In this document: piece after piece, positions 1 through 12,711 of the stretch
How positions within the stretch are numbered: position 1 is the first letter of the stretch
Layout of the letters: each line of letters opens with the position of its first letter
DNA from: Octopus bimaculoides
Taxonomy: Eukaryota
Length of the DNA stretch: 35,787 nucleotides
Direction: 5' to 3'
NCBI RefSeq assembly: GCF_001194135.2
Contig: NC_068995.1
Span: 22,761,840 to 22,797,626, forward strand
Position numbers and translations under genes: made by a program
Notes under the pieces: generated by a model
Databases searched by the model: none
Seen by the model: the letters and a program-made list of their open reading frames with translations, nothing else
Told to the model about the DNA's origin: nothing

Positions 1-8
1 ATATATAT

Positions 9-205
9 ACACTTTTACTCTTTTACTTGTTTCAGTCATTTGACTGCGGCCATGCTGGAACACCGCCTTTAGTCGAGCAAATCGACCCCGGGGCATATTA
101 TTTGTAAGCGTAGTACGTATTCTATCGGTCTCTTTTGCTGAACCGCTAATTGACGGGGACATAAACACACCAGCATCGGTTGTCAAGCAATGCTACGGGG
201 ACAAA
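9..205 (-). mobile_element. 3' part of an abundant octopus-type tRNA-derived SINE (head missing)
   Basis: Minus strand reads ...gacaaccgatgctggtgtgttt...ggggtcgatttgctcgactaaaggcggtgttccagcatggccgcagtcaaatgactgaaacaagtaaaaagagtaaaag. I recognise this as the tail of a common octopus SINE. It abuts a (CA)n/(TA)n tract. Family assignment is from recall. Confidence 0.8.
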
Positions 206-385
206 GACAGACAAACAAACGCACACACGCACACACACACACACATACATATNNNNNNNNNNATATATATATATATATATATATAGATATAGATATATAT
301 ATAAGAAGAGAGACAGAAAGAGAGAGAGAGAGAGAGGGGGAGCGAGCGAGATTGTTTGATAGATAGATAGATAGATAGACAGACA
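206..385. repeat. Compound microsatellite (CA)n/(TA)n/(GA)n/(GATA)n with a 10-N gap
   Basis: Directly visible. Confidence 0.95.
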
Positions 386-1084
386 GATATTTCTCAGGTG
401 TCCATAAGTAAGACGATTTTCTGTTGAACAATATATAAATGCACTATTGGAGTATCTTTGAATAATACTAGGTTATGTAACGATACAGCAAGATACACCC
501 AAAAGCTTACAGCTTGAGATGTTTACCACATTTTAATTATGCACTGAATATCTACCTTATAAATATTTATATAACAATACTGACCTATTTACACTCAGTT
601 TAATGTAAATAAATTCCTGTAAGCCACATTCAGCTTTAAATCCTGATACATTAATGTAAATACATATATGGTGTTATTTACTTCTAAAGATTAATCATAA
701 TAGTTTATATACAATTGAAAATGTATTTTCTTCATCAACAAAATACGTTGTATATTATTATATAATTATCCAAAAAATACTTTAGCTTTGACACTTTTAA
801 GTCACTCGTGAGGATTCACACTTCATAATCTTTGCAAAAATATTTTCTATGTGACGTAAAGCATTTAGAAAAATAATTAACGCTTTGCAAGTTGGCAACA
901 GACTGAAAGATTATAAGAATGTTTAGAGAATTGGAGCATAATTTGTTTCTTTTATTTTATGTATGCTATTTCAGGTCAAATACTATTGTTCCATGTTACC
1001 GGTGTTTTGAAATTACAGTACTGGACAAGTAACCTCTCTTTCCATCACTCTCATTCTCTCTATTTCTCTCTCTCCATCACTCTA

Positions 1085-1085
1085 A

Positions 1086-1134
<49 letters not shown>

Positions 1135-1144
1135 NNNNNNNNNN

Positions 1145-1190
<46 letters not shown>
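1085..1190. repeat. (CT)n microsatellite with a 10-N gap
   Basis: Directly visible. Confidence 0.95.
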
Positions 1191-1192
<2 letters not shown>

Positions 1193-1194
1193 CG

Positions 1195-1885
1195 TCTCGC
1201 TCACTCTCTCGTCGTCACACCCAGCACTTCTACACTTTTCCGCCTCACTGAACTTCTCATTCTCCACTAATTCATGTTACATGAGAGGTCTACCACCAGA
1301 TTTATAGGGGTCAATATGGAAACAAGAATGGGCACCAATTTCACCAACGTCTTTGTCTCTTCTCTGAATTCACTAGACTGAGCACAGAGCTATACAGTCT
1401 GTACACTAACGATTGTATCGGCGCAACCTCACTCTCCCGTGAACGACTTCCTTTCATCTTTTCGTTTCCACCTTTGATACCTCTTTTGAGTTTACTTCCA
1501 TTATCTCCGACACCGCTATCAACTTTCTGAACATATCTCTGTCCCTCCCTCTCTACCACGATATTTTTCTCCTCGCGCCCCTCCAACAAAACCTGCCCAT
1601 CTCCTATTCTAATACGTCCGTCTTTGACGTTTGTGCAAGCGTGAACAGGATTTTGAGACAGTCTCAATACTTGGCTCATCTGTTCAGTCATCGTAGATAC
1701 CCCTCTACCATTGTCCATGTAATCTTAGCCTGTGCCCGCAAAACTGATTGCAGCCCCTTCCCTTCTCCTCACCCAATCTGGTATCCAAAAGGATGGCCTT
1801 TCCCCCCTTTTCCACCACTCTACCTTACCCCTTCGTCGGAAAATCCTACGGGCCTCCAGATAAACACCGATACACAAACCCATAA
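1195..1885 (+). pseudogene. Penelope-like element reverse transcriptase remnant (frameshifted, with stops)
   Basis: Across frames, in the expected order: PSTSTLFRLTELLIL; GVNMETRMGTNFTNVFV (cf. GVAMGTRMGPxYANLF); LYTNDCIGATS (decayed YIDD motif); ISDTAINFLNISLSL (cf. ISxTSLxFLDI); ISYS.YVRL*RLCKREQDF; HLFSHRRYP (cf. FxxRGYP); FHHSTLPLRRKIL. Confidence 0.85.
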
Positions 1886-3112
1886 ACACACACAGAGACA
1901 CACACACACACACACACAAAGTGGATACAGAGGTCTATTTTCTTAGTTCCTACATTCGCTAGTTCATATCTCTTTCAAGAATTTCTTAATTTTCCCATCA
2001 AACTTAAATTACGCATATTCCTGCACACACAACATATATGCACACATTCAATACAGAAAAACTACACATTGAATATTGGACGCACTAAACCCATCTCAAA
2101 TTTTTTCCGTTTATATCCGCCTCCATAAACAAGGGAGCATGTTAATTTTCATATTGCGGATAATAATTGGGAAGCTACTAGATCTAAATCAATATTTTTT
2201 TGATCGCGAAAATGCATATTGGATGATTTCTCAAATTCTGGAATATGGTCATAAGGTTACTGAAGCAAATTTAGATTGCAGTTGCAGAATCACTATAATT
2301 GTTTAGTTAAATATTTCTGCCAGACAGCTCTGAAATGTGGCGGATTGATTTTTTTTAAATGAGTCTCCACAATTTCCAGACTATAGAAGTCAACCCTTTC
2401 ATAGGATTTTCAACTAGAATCACAAAATTTCAAAATGAACTGTGAACAGATTATTATACGGTATGTTAATTAAATGTTGCATGTTCTCGTCATGCTGCGT
2501 ATACCTATACACCTCATAAACATGTGTTAATTACAATCCACTTCTCATTTCATAACCGAATTACAAATAGGGGCTTCATTAATGTAAAATTGTGAATAAT
2601 GAGGCTGGTTACATCCAACTTTTGAATGTTAAGTGACATTTAATGCGATCTTTTTCGAATAGTGAGACAATATTTCAAGAAAATATATGAGACATGTGAA
2701 CGTTGAGCACTAAACTTGAAGAATCGTCGATCTTATCTGCACAAATGTCAATGGCAAAAGCAATTTAGTTATTTATGTAACTTATACAATAGTTATTATC
2801 GTAATTCTATCGAACACGATGGCACTATTCTCCATTTCTATGTATTATTATACAAACTACTAGCATCTACTAATTCAGAAATAATGATAAAAATAAGAGT
2901 ACCAACTATAGACACCGTTCTGTAGTAGCAACCAAACGCAGATTTCATGGATTGTAATACGAGAAATATATTAAAAAGCACACGTTGTACATAATGCATC
3001 CCTGAATAAGAAGGTAGTAAATGATTAATGAACGTCACTAAGAAACAGTAGCAAGCGGATATCAATTTTGTCATTGATTTTCTAACTCGCATGTAGGTCT
3101 CCTAAATGACCT

Positions 3113-3237
3113 TGTTGATTATCACCACACAAAACAATCTCACAATCGCGTCATGCACAACGATATTGCAGGACTGCAATGAAGCCATAGTCACAGCTCA
3201 TTCCTCCACGTAAATGGCTCTGTTGATTATCACCACA
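3113..3237. repeat. 91-bp segment (3130-3220) flanked by a perfect 17-bp direct repeat
   Basis: tgttgattatcaccaca at 3113-3129 and 3221-3237. The core 3142-3214 recurs at 4384-4456. Confidence 0.8.
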
Positions 3238-4383
3238 AAATCGATCAGTAACGATACATTAAAAGCAATACCAGCACTGGTATCAAATTTTCAACTACTG
3301 ACGTCTAAAGGAATTTGAATATCCGGAAGGCACATCATTAACTAGAACCAACGAAAATTCAAAAACGATAGAAAAAGGAAGTATCAAAATATCTATATGA
3401 CCTGCTAGAAATAACAACCAAATGCTCCCAAAATCTGATTCTACTGTCGTATGAAACGATACATTTAATAATGCGATATTTGATACATTAAATCCAGGAA
3501 GGTTGTATAGTTACGGTTGTATGTAGTTCATTTAACTATTTCCGAAGACACTATAACAACACGCTATAACATGGAGACTCGAATCTAAATAGGAATGCGC
3601 AGTAGAAGCATTCTCATTCTAGTTACAAATGCAGGCCCTAATATATATTTAGTATTTATTTTATTATCTTGACCGTTGCTGAAGTCATTTCGCTGATCAA
3701 CAACAATAATATTTTTTAAATTATGCAAGAATTGGGTAACTAAATTCGTGACATCATCATTATCATATTCTTCCAAATATGGAAAATATAATACTCTCTT
3801 TGTTTCATTCTGGACAATCAATATAAGCAAGCCATGCCAAATTAGGTATCAATAATTGTCTGACATATTCACTGAACTATTAGATCATTTTTATATATGT
3901 TCTTGAAGTCGGAGTGGCTAAAGATAATGATTTTTTTTTCAGCGGAATATAGGCTAAACATTACAATGCTCACCCACAAGCATTTGTTTTAATGAACAAA
4001 TATATCAGGCAGTTATTGATCCAATATAAACATCAACTATAACGCACGAGTTGCTGTTTGATTTACGTACCTATACCCAAGATGACAATTAAAGGTACAT
4101 ATCCTTCTGATTTTCACCTTTTCACTTACATCTTTTGTTCGCAGTAATCACGCTGAAAAGATTCTGTCGTTAATATAATGGACTTTGTAAATCAGACTGA
4201 TCTCTTATAACTCCTACGTCCTTATCATTTTTTTTAAATCTGCCCTATTGTATCCAACCTGCATTTTTGGTGCCAAACTAACCAGCTAACTGTTTTAGTC
4301 ATCATAATATGATCTCTGGAATTCCAGTCTACCATGTTATTTTTGTTTTGCAGATGTCGTCACATAATTGTTCGCAGAAAATA

Positions 4384-4456
4384 ACAATCGCGCCATGCAC
4401 AGCGATATTGCAGGACCACAGTGAAGCCATAATCACAACTCATTCCTCCACGTAAA
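4384..4456. repeat. Second copy of the 73-bp core at 3142-3214
   Basis: 66/73 identical by manual alignment, no indels, all 7 differences are transitions. Confidence 0.9.
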
Positions 4457-5219
4457 ATTATTAAAAAGAATTTCGAAACAATTTATCACTCCAATGAGTA
4501 AATTATCATAGAAAATAGAGCTAATATTACATCTATAATACATACAGTAACTATTATCAAATTGATTTCAGTGAAATTCTTGCCGAATATGTTGATATTA
4601 TGTTTAAATATTGCGATGTGTATTGGGGGAGACGTATGTCTGATGGCAATAATAAAGATAATCAATAACTCCAGCATCGGAAAAGAAAGAAATCATTCAG
4701 TTTCAAAACCCTAATATTATGTATATAGAAAGCATTGGGCGATAAACTAATATTTACTGAATTTTTCAATATCAGAGGCTAGTTATTGTTAGTACGATTA
4801 TAAATTATCCCTTTCAGAGAGGCAATATTTTGATAATCAATTTTTAAGGTGACAGATTAACAGAATTGTTGGAATTGGTAGAATGGCTATCAAAACATGA
4901 CGTTCTGAATTTGATTTCCTTCAAGGTTATTTTTATCTTTCATTCTTTTATGTTTGATAAATTAACACTGCATCTATTCAATTTGCGGACTTCTAGCTAT
5001 GTGAAATCAATATTTTTATGGACACAACTTTGTGATTAGTACAAAAGCGATTGTCCCCTGGTGTCTGAATCCTGAATATGCAAATAGTACCGAACGTGAT
5101 TCGAATTACGAACCTATATATCTCAGAATGTTACTTTTTTATGTCCTAATTCATAAAAAATTTTTCTCATTAAAATCCATTCGTGTAATAATACGTATAT
5201 GTATATACGTATTTTTGCA

Positions 5220-5410
5220 CGAATGTATGTATGAACATATGATTCATATGTATATTCATGCATGTCTGTCTGCATGTCTGTATGTATGTATATACAAATT
5301 GATAGATAGATACATACACAAATACATACATGCATGCATACATACATACATACATACATACATACGTACATACATACATACATACACACATACATACACG
5401 TATATATATC
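5220..5410. repeat. (TATG)n/(TACA)n tetranucleotide microsatellite region
   Basis: Directly visible; explains the YIHT/MYVC ORFs. Confidence 0.9.
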
Positions 5411-5753
5411 TGTGTGTGCGAGCGTTTCTGGAGTAGAAGTTGTAAAACACCTGACTGTAATGTAAGATAAAACGTTCAAAATGTCGTGTATATATTACTA
5501 TAAAACTATTTATCTGTAAAGATTTGGTTAATAGTCCGTAAAATTACAGTATTTTCATAAATGTATTTATTGAAATTAGAAAACTTTATGATGTAAAAAT
5601 GTGATGACACACAAAACCGAACCATATAAATAATGTGTTAAGACAAAAAAAAAAAAGAAAATACAATGATTTACATACAATATAAAGCGCGAAATAATTA
5701 AAAGAATTGATGTAGTGATATGAAATGTGTAATTGTAGGAAGAAATGAAAAAT

Positions 5754-5791
5754 AACCAGACCAAACCAAACCAAACCAAACCAAACCAAAC
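5754..5791. repeat. (ACCAA)n pentanucleotide microsatellite
   Basis: About 7 units visible. Confidence 0.95.
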
Positions 5792-8380
5792 ATTTTATTT
5801 TAAAATTAAGATAGAAATAGAAGAATATTGCATCTGTAACTTGTCGGTTAAATAACGGTTCATTTGCAAAATATTTTTCAAATGTTTCTAGTTTTCGAAA
5901 AACAACTTATAAAGTTCATAACATTTCATTACTATGCCACATAAAATGTTTATAGTGGAATATAGCTGTTGAAAAATATAGTTCAGCTAAGAATAAATTA
6001 ATAGTGCAGAGTATACTAGTTGTTTGTTAGGTCTGTCTGAATTGGGTGCAAGAAATATACGCGAGATACTCGTGACAAGATATGTAATGCACATATGGAT
6101 AAATATTCTTTGATATTTGATGTTAATAAAAGCTAAAAGTGGAATGAAGGCTTGAAAAGATGTTGTATAACAGAACAACTAGTCTTCAGCCTTGGCTGAC
6201 ATTCCAGATATCAAAAGAACATGTTTATCTATTTGGCTGTTTCAAAAGTCTTGCAGATAACTGAACAGAGATAAAACTAAATATGCAAGTAAAAATGGAA
6301 TCCTCATACAATACTCAGATGTGATGTTCGCTGATATTTTCGATAAGAAACTCATCACAGTATCTAGAAATAATCTATAACCTAGTATCTCTTATCTGTG
6401 AGACAATAGGGAACAGGAAATGTATATCTACTAAATCGAATCAGCCATTGTATTACTTGTGCAAATATTTGTAAAAAATAATGATATCCACTAATAACGC
6501 AGTAGATGTATTGACAATGAAAAGAGGTAGAAACAGAAATCAATGGTCCTACGAAGATTTAACATAATAAAAAGAGTATCTTGCATTTCGATTGACATCA
6601 CAAACTCAGAGAAAAACAAAGACGGTAAGAAAAACCTGAATTAATATATGAATCAGAATAGAAGGCATTAAAACCTAAAGTAGCATGGAAAAGATAGTGG
6701 AAGAAACATCTAAACTAAATGTTAAAAGGTAAAAAAAAAGGAGCTCAACGTTTGTTTGTTCAAATCAACCATTAAAATAGATATATGTAAAAAAAACAAA
6801 AACATGTTAAAAGTGATAATAATGCAAATGAAGAGAGACACGGTGAAAGAGAGACAGACAGACAGGGAGACAGACAGGGAGACAAAGAGAGACAGAGAGA
6901 CAGAGACAGAGGAAGAGAGAAAGTGAAGGAAACTTATATGCATATATATTTCACAATGAAGTGTAATTAGATTAGGAAAAAATATGGCGGGTAAAAAGTA
7001 AAAAAAGAAAACGGAAAAATGGCATGAGGTGACTATATCAGTACCAAATCTGATCTGTTCCTATAAATGAAAATGACTTCTGATTTAATAAATTTATTTG
7101 ATTAGACAAGAGATATCACTATGCAGTTAATATCATATTATGGAAGCTTATCGCTTATTGTATATAGGACAGTTAAGATTTTACTTATATTACGATAGCT
7201 GTAGCATTTTATGCAGAATATTAAAGCCCTCCTGCAATGGTAAATAGCTAGTGATTTTATTCACTTAATCTATTGATAAAGGGAGTTTTCTGTTTTAATT
7301 GTTGTATATAGAAAATGAGGTTAGTTAATTTACTGCTATGTTCCGTGCGAACATGTTTAAATTAATTTTTAATGATATGAAAATATAGTCAATGAAAACA
7401 TCTGACATGGTAAAATAAAACTGATATACGTACACTATCGATTCGCAGTTGGCATCTGTCCAGAGACGATTATCAACTGTTTCGAGAGGAAAATGCATAT
7501 AATAGATATATGAACAAGAGTGCATTTCTGCACCAAAGGCCAATGTGATTGTTTCTTTCATGGTGTCTGCCGCAATATGAATTGTTTTAACAGAACATCC
7601 ACTTTTACGTTGGGATAAATATTACCTTTCGGTACTGATACTGCCTCCGCCGCTAATATTTAAATTTTAATAGATTTGAAATATCGTGGGTCTTGTTGGA
7701 ATACCAATTGCAAACGAAAGCAGACACACATGTGCATATTTGTACATTCACAAATGTTCAATTATTACGCTAATTAATTCTTCCAACTGTTCTATGGTAC
7801 ATGAAGTTACGGGAAAAATGAAAATATTTTGTCTTGTAACTCAATTGAATATTTGTTTTGTTTTTAAAATCTAATATCCATTCCTATGTAGCAAAATACA
7901 GTCTTGGCTTTAGAGTGTCCGGAATCATGCTTTCTTATAAATTTGTTGTGTTGTCACTCGCGCATATATTTGAAACCCAATTCTTTAAATTTGTTTTCCA
8001 TATAAAATATTTAAGAGGTAAACATTACTGGAACCATGAATAATGTTAGCAAATTCTCATGTGTTTGTGGTCTATTGTACTGACTCTTCAAATATTCGTA
8101 TGCAATTGTGGATATTATGTTCATTGCCATTCTTTTGTTCTTGTCCTATTTTATTCAATAGACCTGGAATAATAGTGAGTTGATAGGGTGTTTAATTGAA
8201 AAAATTATTATTATCTCTATTTTCTAATGTATCAGAAGTTATTGAAGCATGGATGATATGGGCAACAGCGATAAAACTACCGTGCTCAGGTGACATATAT
8301 GCAATCAACTACTAGGGAATCGAATAAGGTGTTTCTTTTTTTAACATCACACCACACCTTTTCTCTACAAAGGAAAACAT

Positions 8381-8470
8381 ATTTCATGTGACTATATTAT
8401 TTCATGTGATTATATTATTTCATGTGATAATATTATTTCATGTGATTATATTATTCAATGTGATTATATT
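8381..8470. repeat. 18-bp minisatellite x5 (ATTTCATGTGATTATATT)
   Basis: Five adjacent units starting at 8381, 8399, 8417, 8435 and 8453, each within 2 substitutions of the consensus. Confidence 0.95.
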
Positions 8471-9258
8471 GTATAATTTTCTTTTTCAATAATTTACACA
8501 TGTTTGCAGTACATGTATATTCTTCTATACTATTTTTTTTGTTTTTGTTTATAGAATATAGCGCACATATTGGACGAATATACAGCTCTAAACTAAAGAC
8601 TAAACATATGATTTGTAAAACAAATATATCCATGGTATTTAGGTATCACACTAATCAATCAAGATAAATTATGGGATCTTCATAAAGTATGCAAACATTG
8701 TATAAACTGAGGAAAAAAAATATTTCATTTGAGAACCGTTTCGTAAAAGCCACAAAATTATACCCAAAACTGTTTTTTTAATCATGGGAAGCCCATCACT
8801 GATTTTCTCAATGCGGACTTTCTGCAACCTTTCATTGCGGAGAAAAAGGGGCTCTTGCTGCTTATTTGAAGATCACAGATATTCTACGTTACACTGCACT
8901 CTTTCCTGCGCAACTATGCCACACCAATTCGAGACATAACCTGCCTATTCGAAATTTTGTTTACCTGTCTCACGTAATGTTACTTTGATCACAAGATAAC
9001 AAAACAGTGGAACGTTGTTGAGTTAGTATCCCAGTACACATCGTTAGATTATGTACGATTTTCTCTATATACACATGTGTGTACGTGTGTGTGTGTGTAT
9101 GTAAATATGGGCATTTCATAGACGTCCACACACACATACAAACAAATATATACATATATTAATGTATGTATGTATATATAGGGAAACATATCGAGACTGA
9201 CAGCATAGAGGGTATGTGGAAAAGGAAAGACAGCATCAAACATAAGGGTACGCACTAC

Positions 9259-9350
9259 CTTCTTCAAATATTCGCTTATACGCTCTTGAACTCGAGATAC
9301 CCCGGAGTGGAATGTTTGCCTCAACTAAAATGGTATTTCCACTGGACCCG
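9259..9350 (-). CDS. Candidate isolated internal exon of an unknown gene
   Basis: Minus strand ...gtatggttttcag|C GGG TCC...GAA GAA G|gtagtg. 92 nt, only one frame open: GSSGNTILVEANIPLRGISSSRAYKRIFEE. No recognised homology. Confidence 0.25.
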
Positions 9351-10754
9351 CTGAAAACCATACAAGGACTGTGTGTACGGAAATATTTATGTGCGTGTAC
9401 GAGTATTTGTGTATATCGTATATATATATATATATATNNNNNNNNNNNNNNNNNNNNNNNNNNNNNNNNNNNNNNNNNNNNNNNNNNNNNNNNNNNNNNN
9501 NNNNNNNNNNNNNNNNNNNNNNNNNNNNNNNNNNNNNNNNNNNNNNNNNNNNNNNNNNNNNNNNNTATATATTGCTATACGGTTATTGAGCCACTTATAT
9601 TTTACAACAATACATCAGTTTTAAGCCTTACCAGATGTAAACCATTATTTGCCAAACAATGTGGTCATTCCGAATTATATGAAAGAAAAATTAAATTATT
9701 ACTATTTCTATAGTATCACCTGATATCAGAGTTTTATTGTTGAACTTTTATTTATATTCTTTAACAATATGAATATGGTTTTCTTTTCAAACTTATTAGT
9801 AATAACATCAACAAGAAACCCTCATGAAATAGATATGTCACAATAATATTTTTATTTTTCTGCTCATACTCCTACAGAAATTCTTACAATCATCACCTCA
9901 GACATATCTAAATTTAATTCATTGAAAGGTTTGTATTACTTAAAAAACTGTATTGTGTTCTTCTACTGATGGAGAAATATTTTGCATATATATTGATACA
10001 AAGATATTTACAGCAAACTGACACCTCCGCCGCACATACGAAATACACCCCTCACAATTATATAGATACAATCGCAGAAGTTTATCAGCGTATACATATG
10101 TTTTAATCAGAAAATTTCTATTTATACGTAAGTATTTACTTAATCGAACGGTTGTTATCTGTATGTTTGCACGCAAAATTTTATTTGAAAAATGTGTAAT
10201 AATTTGGATACATATATGCGTGTGTACATACACACACACACATACACACACACACACACACACATGCACGCACACACACGCATATGAGCCCAATATTTAC
10301 GTGCTATTATTTATAGGTTTACTTGTGTGCTTCGGTGCGTTGAGATATTCTAAAAATGAACTGCAAATACGCACGCGCGCACACAGCGGCACACATAAAG
10401 CCACTCACACACACACACACACACACAGATTAATTCACATTCCTTAAATTTTTATATTACTTAAATTCCTGTTATAGTCTGATTTCTAATGTTTCATATT
10501 TTACGTTATTGAATTGAAGATTGATTTCTTAGTTGCCCATTTCTTTTTGCATTGATTTTATTTTCTTTAAAACATACATATTTACACAAAATACATATTT
10601 AATATCTCTAGCTCTGTATCTATCTATTTCTTTTCTGAATATATTTTACACTGGTAAAAGTTTGCTATTCACCTAATTTTTATGTTATATATGTACAAAT
10701 CCATCATTTATATATATATATATAAAACGTTTATATATATATATATATATATAT

Positions 10755-11673
10755 NNNNNNNNNNNNNNNNNNNNNNNNNNNNNNNNNNNNNNNNNNNNNN
10801 NNNNNNNNNNNNNNNNNNNNNNNNNNNNNNNNNNNNNNNNNNNNNNNNNNNNNNNNNNNNNNNNNNNNNNNNNNNNNNNNNNNNNNNNNNNNNNNNNNNN
10901 NNNNNNNNNNNNNNNNNNNNNNNNNNNNNNNNNNNNNNNNNNNNNNNNNNNNNNNNNNNNNNNNNNNNNNNNNNNNNNNNNNNNNNNNNNNNNNNNNNNN
11001 NNNNNNNNNNNNNNNNNNNNNNNNNNNNNNNNNNNNNNNNNNNNNNNNNNNNNNNNNNNNNNNNNNNNNNNNNNNNNNNNNNNNNNNNNNNNNNNNNNNN
11101 NNNNNNNNNNNNNNNNNNNNNNNNNNNNNNNNNNNNNNNNNNNNNNNNNNNNNNNNNNNNNNNNNNNNNNNNNNNNNNNNNNNNNNNNNNNNNNNNNNNN
11201 NNNNNNNNNNNNNNNNNNNNNNNNNNNNNNNNNNNNNNNNNNNNNNNNNNNNNNNNNNNNNNNNNNNNNNNNNNNNNNNNNNNNNNNNNNNNNNNNNNNN
11301 NNNNNNNNNNNNNNNNNNNNNNNNNNNNNNNNNNNNNNNNNNNNNNNNNNNNNNNNNNNNNNNNNNNNNNNNNNNNNNNNNNNNNNNNNNNNNNNNNNNN
11401 NNNNNNNNNNNNNNNNNNNNNNNNNNNNNNNNNNNNNNNNNNNNNNNNNNNNNNNNNNNNNNNNNNNNNNNNNNNNNNNNNNNNNNNNNNNNNNNNNNNN
11501 NNNNNNNNNNNNNNNNNNNNNNNNNNNNNNNNNNNNNNNNNNNNNNNNNNNNNNNNNNNNNNNNNNNNNNNNNNNNNNNNNNNNNNNNNNNNNNNNNNNN
11601 NNNNNNNNNNNNNNNNNNNNNNNNNNNNNNNNNNNNNNNNNNNNNNNNNNNNNNNNNNNNNNNNNNNNNNNNN
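10755..11673. other. Assembly gap (one of 11 N-runs: 253-262, 1135-1144, 9438-9565, 10755-11673, 14729-14738, 18061-18169, 20759-20830, 21403-22084, 22800-23749, 28385-28652, 30180-30258)
   Basis: N-runs, all bordered on at least one side by simple repeats, mostly (TA)n. Confidence 0.98.
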
Positions 11674-11715
<42 letters not shown>

Positions 11716-12711
11716 AGCGTCCGAGCATCCGTACATACGAATGCAGATATTTACATATGAAATCCATGAATATCAGAAATCTGATTCTATGTTATGTTGT
11801 GCGATTTCCCCGTAATTATATTCGAAATACAGTCGAAATAAAAGCACTGACCGTTGAGAAACTAATGTATATAAATATTGTTTACAGACCAGGAAACTGG
11901 CGGTGACAATTTACAAATATGCCTTGTATTTATTAAATACTTCACCGAAATATTTTATTAATGCATATTAGATATCGTTATCTGTCTAAGCTATAAAATA
12001 TATAATGACGTATATTTCAACACCATAGAAACGTGTTTCTACTAATAAACATATGATGTCGTATTTTGCAAACATAGGTACACGCTGCGAACCACAAATT
12101 CAAAAGTGAATACAATAATTTCGTAAATGCATACACCCCAAAAAAGAAATTAAACAATATTCCACAGCAACATATTTTTCAGTGCATTAAATAATCACTA
12201 TTATCTAACTGTACCATATCCCTGCTTCTCTGTCACTTCTATTTCTGTCTGTCGTGCTCTCTCTCTCCCTCCCTCTCTCTCTCTCTCACTCTCTGTCTAT
12301 TTGTCTTTCTCTGTCGGTTTCTGTCTCTGTCTGTCTTTCCCCCTTCTCTCTCTCCTTCTACAATCACAAATGTAAAACACAAAATATGATAGATTTTGCT
12401 TTCTTTTTTGTCATTCATTTGAACATGGTGATTGGAACATCTTTCAGCTTTAACATTATGTGGGAAATACGGTGTTTCTTTTTTCGCATCTTCACAATTA
12501 CCGTATTTAGTGATTTCTTAACCGTTACCCATAATGTTATGAAACTATATTTTTATTACTATCAACAACATCAACATACATTAATAACTAATGTGAGTCT
12601 GTATACGGAATCACTCGCTCTGTGAGATATAGCAGTTGTGTCACTTTCCAAGAGCCACAAATACGAAAGGAGGTGTTTAATAATATAATTCAATGTTCGA
12701 ATATACTTTAC

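Noticed and set aside
2076-3830. Several protein-like short ORFs suggesting an endogenous viral fossil
   Set aside because: They lie on mixed strands with no recognisable motif; unsupportable without a translated search.
4486-4677. GPCR TM2-like or Cys-loop receptor-like hydrophobic ORF (NLIIVTVCIIDVIL)
   Set aside because: No supporting TM1 or neighbouring motifs; AT-rich DNA readily yields I/L/F-rich peptides. The same applies to 2838-3092.
6505-6630. HTH_psq/pogo-like start (KRGRNRNQWSYEDL)
   Set aside because: It is followed by stops and no further transposase similarity.
7430-7480. C-type lectin-like snippets (NRLWTDANCES here; KLNGACYTY at about 27636-27664)
   Set aside because: Too short, 20 kb apart, and the other conserved cysteines are not found.
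8381-8470. Possible CRISPR-like array
   Set aside because: The units are contiguous with no unique spacers, the context is eukaryotic and there are no cas genes.
9181-9260. Merlin/ISXO2-like motif (GKHIETDSIEGMW)
   Set aside because: A single short resemblance with altered spacing, no TIRs and no other catalytic motifs.
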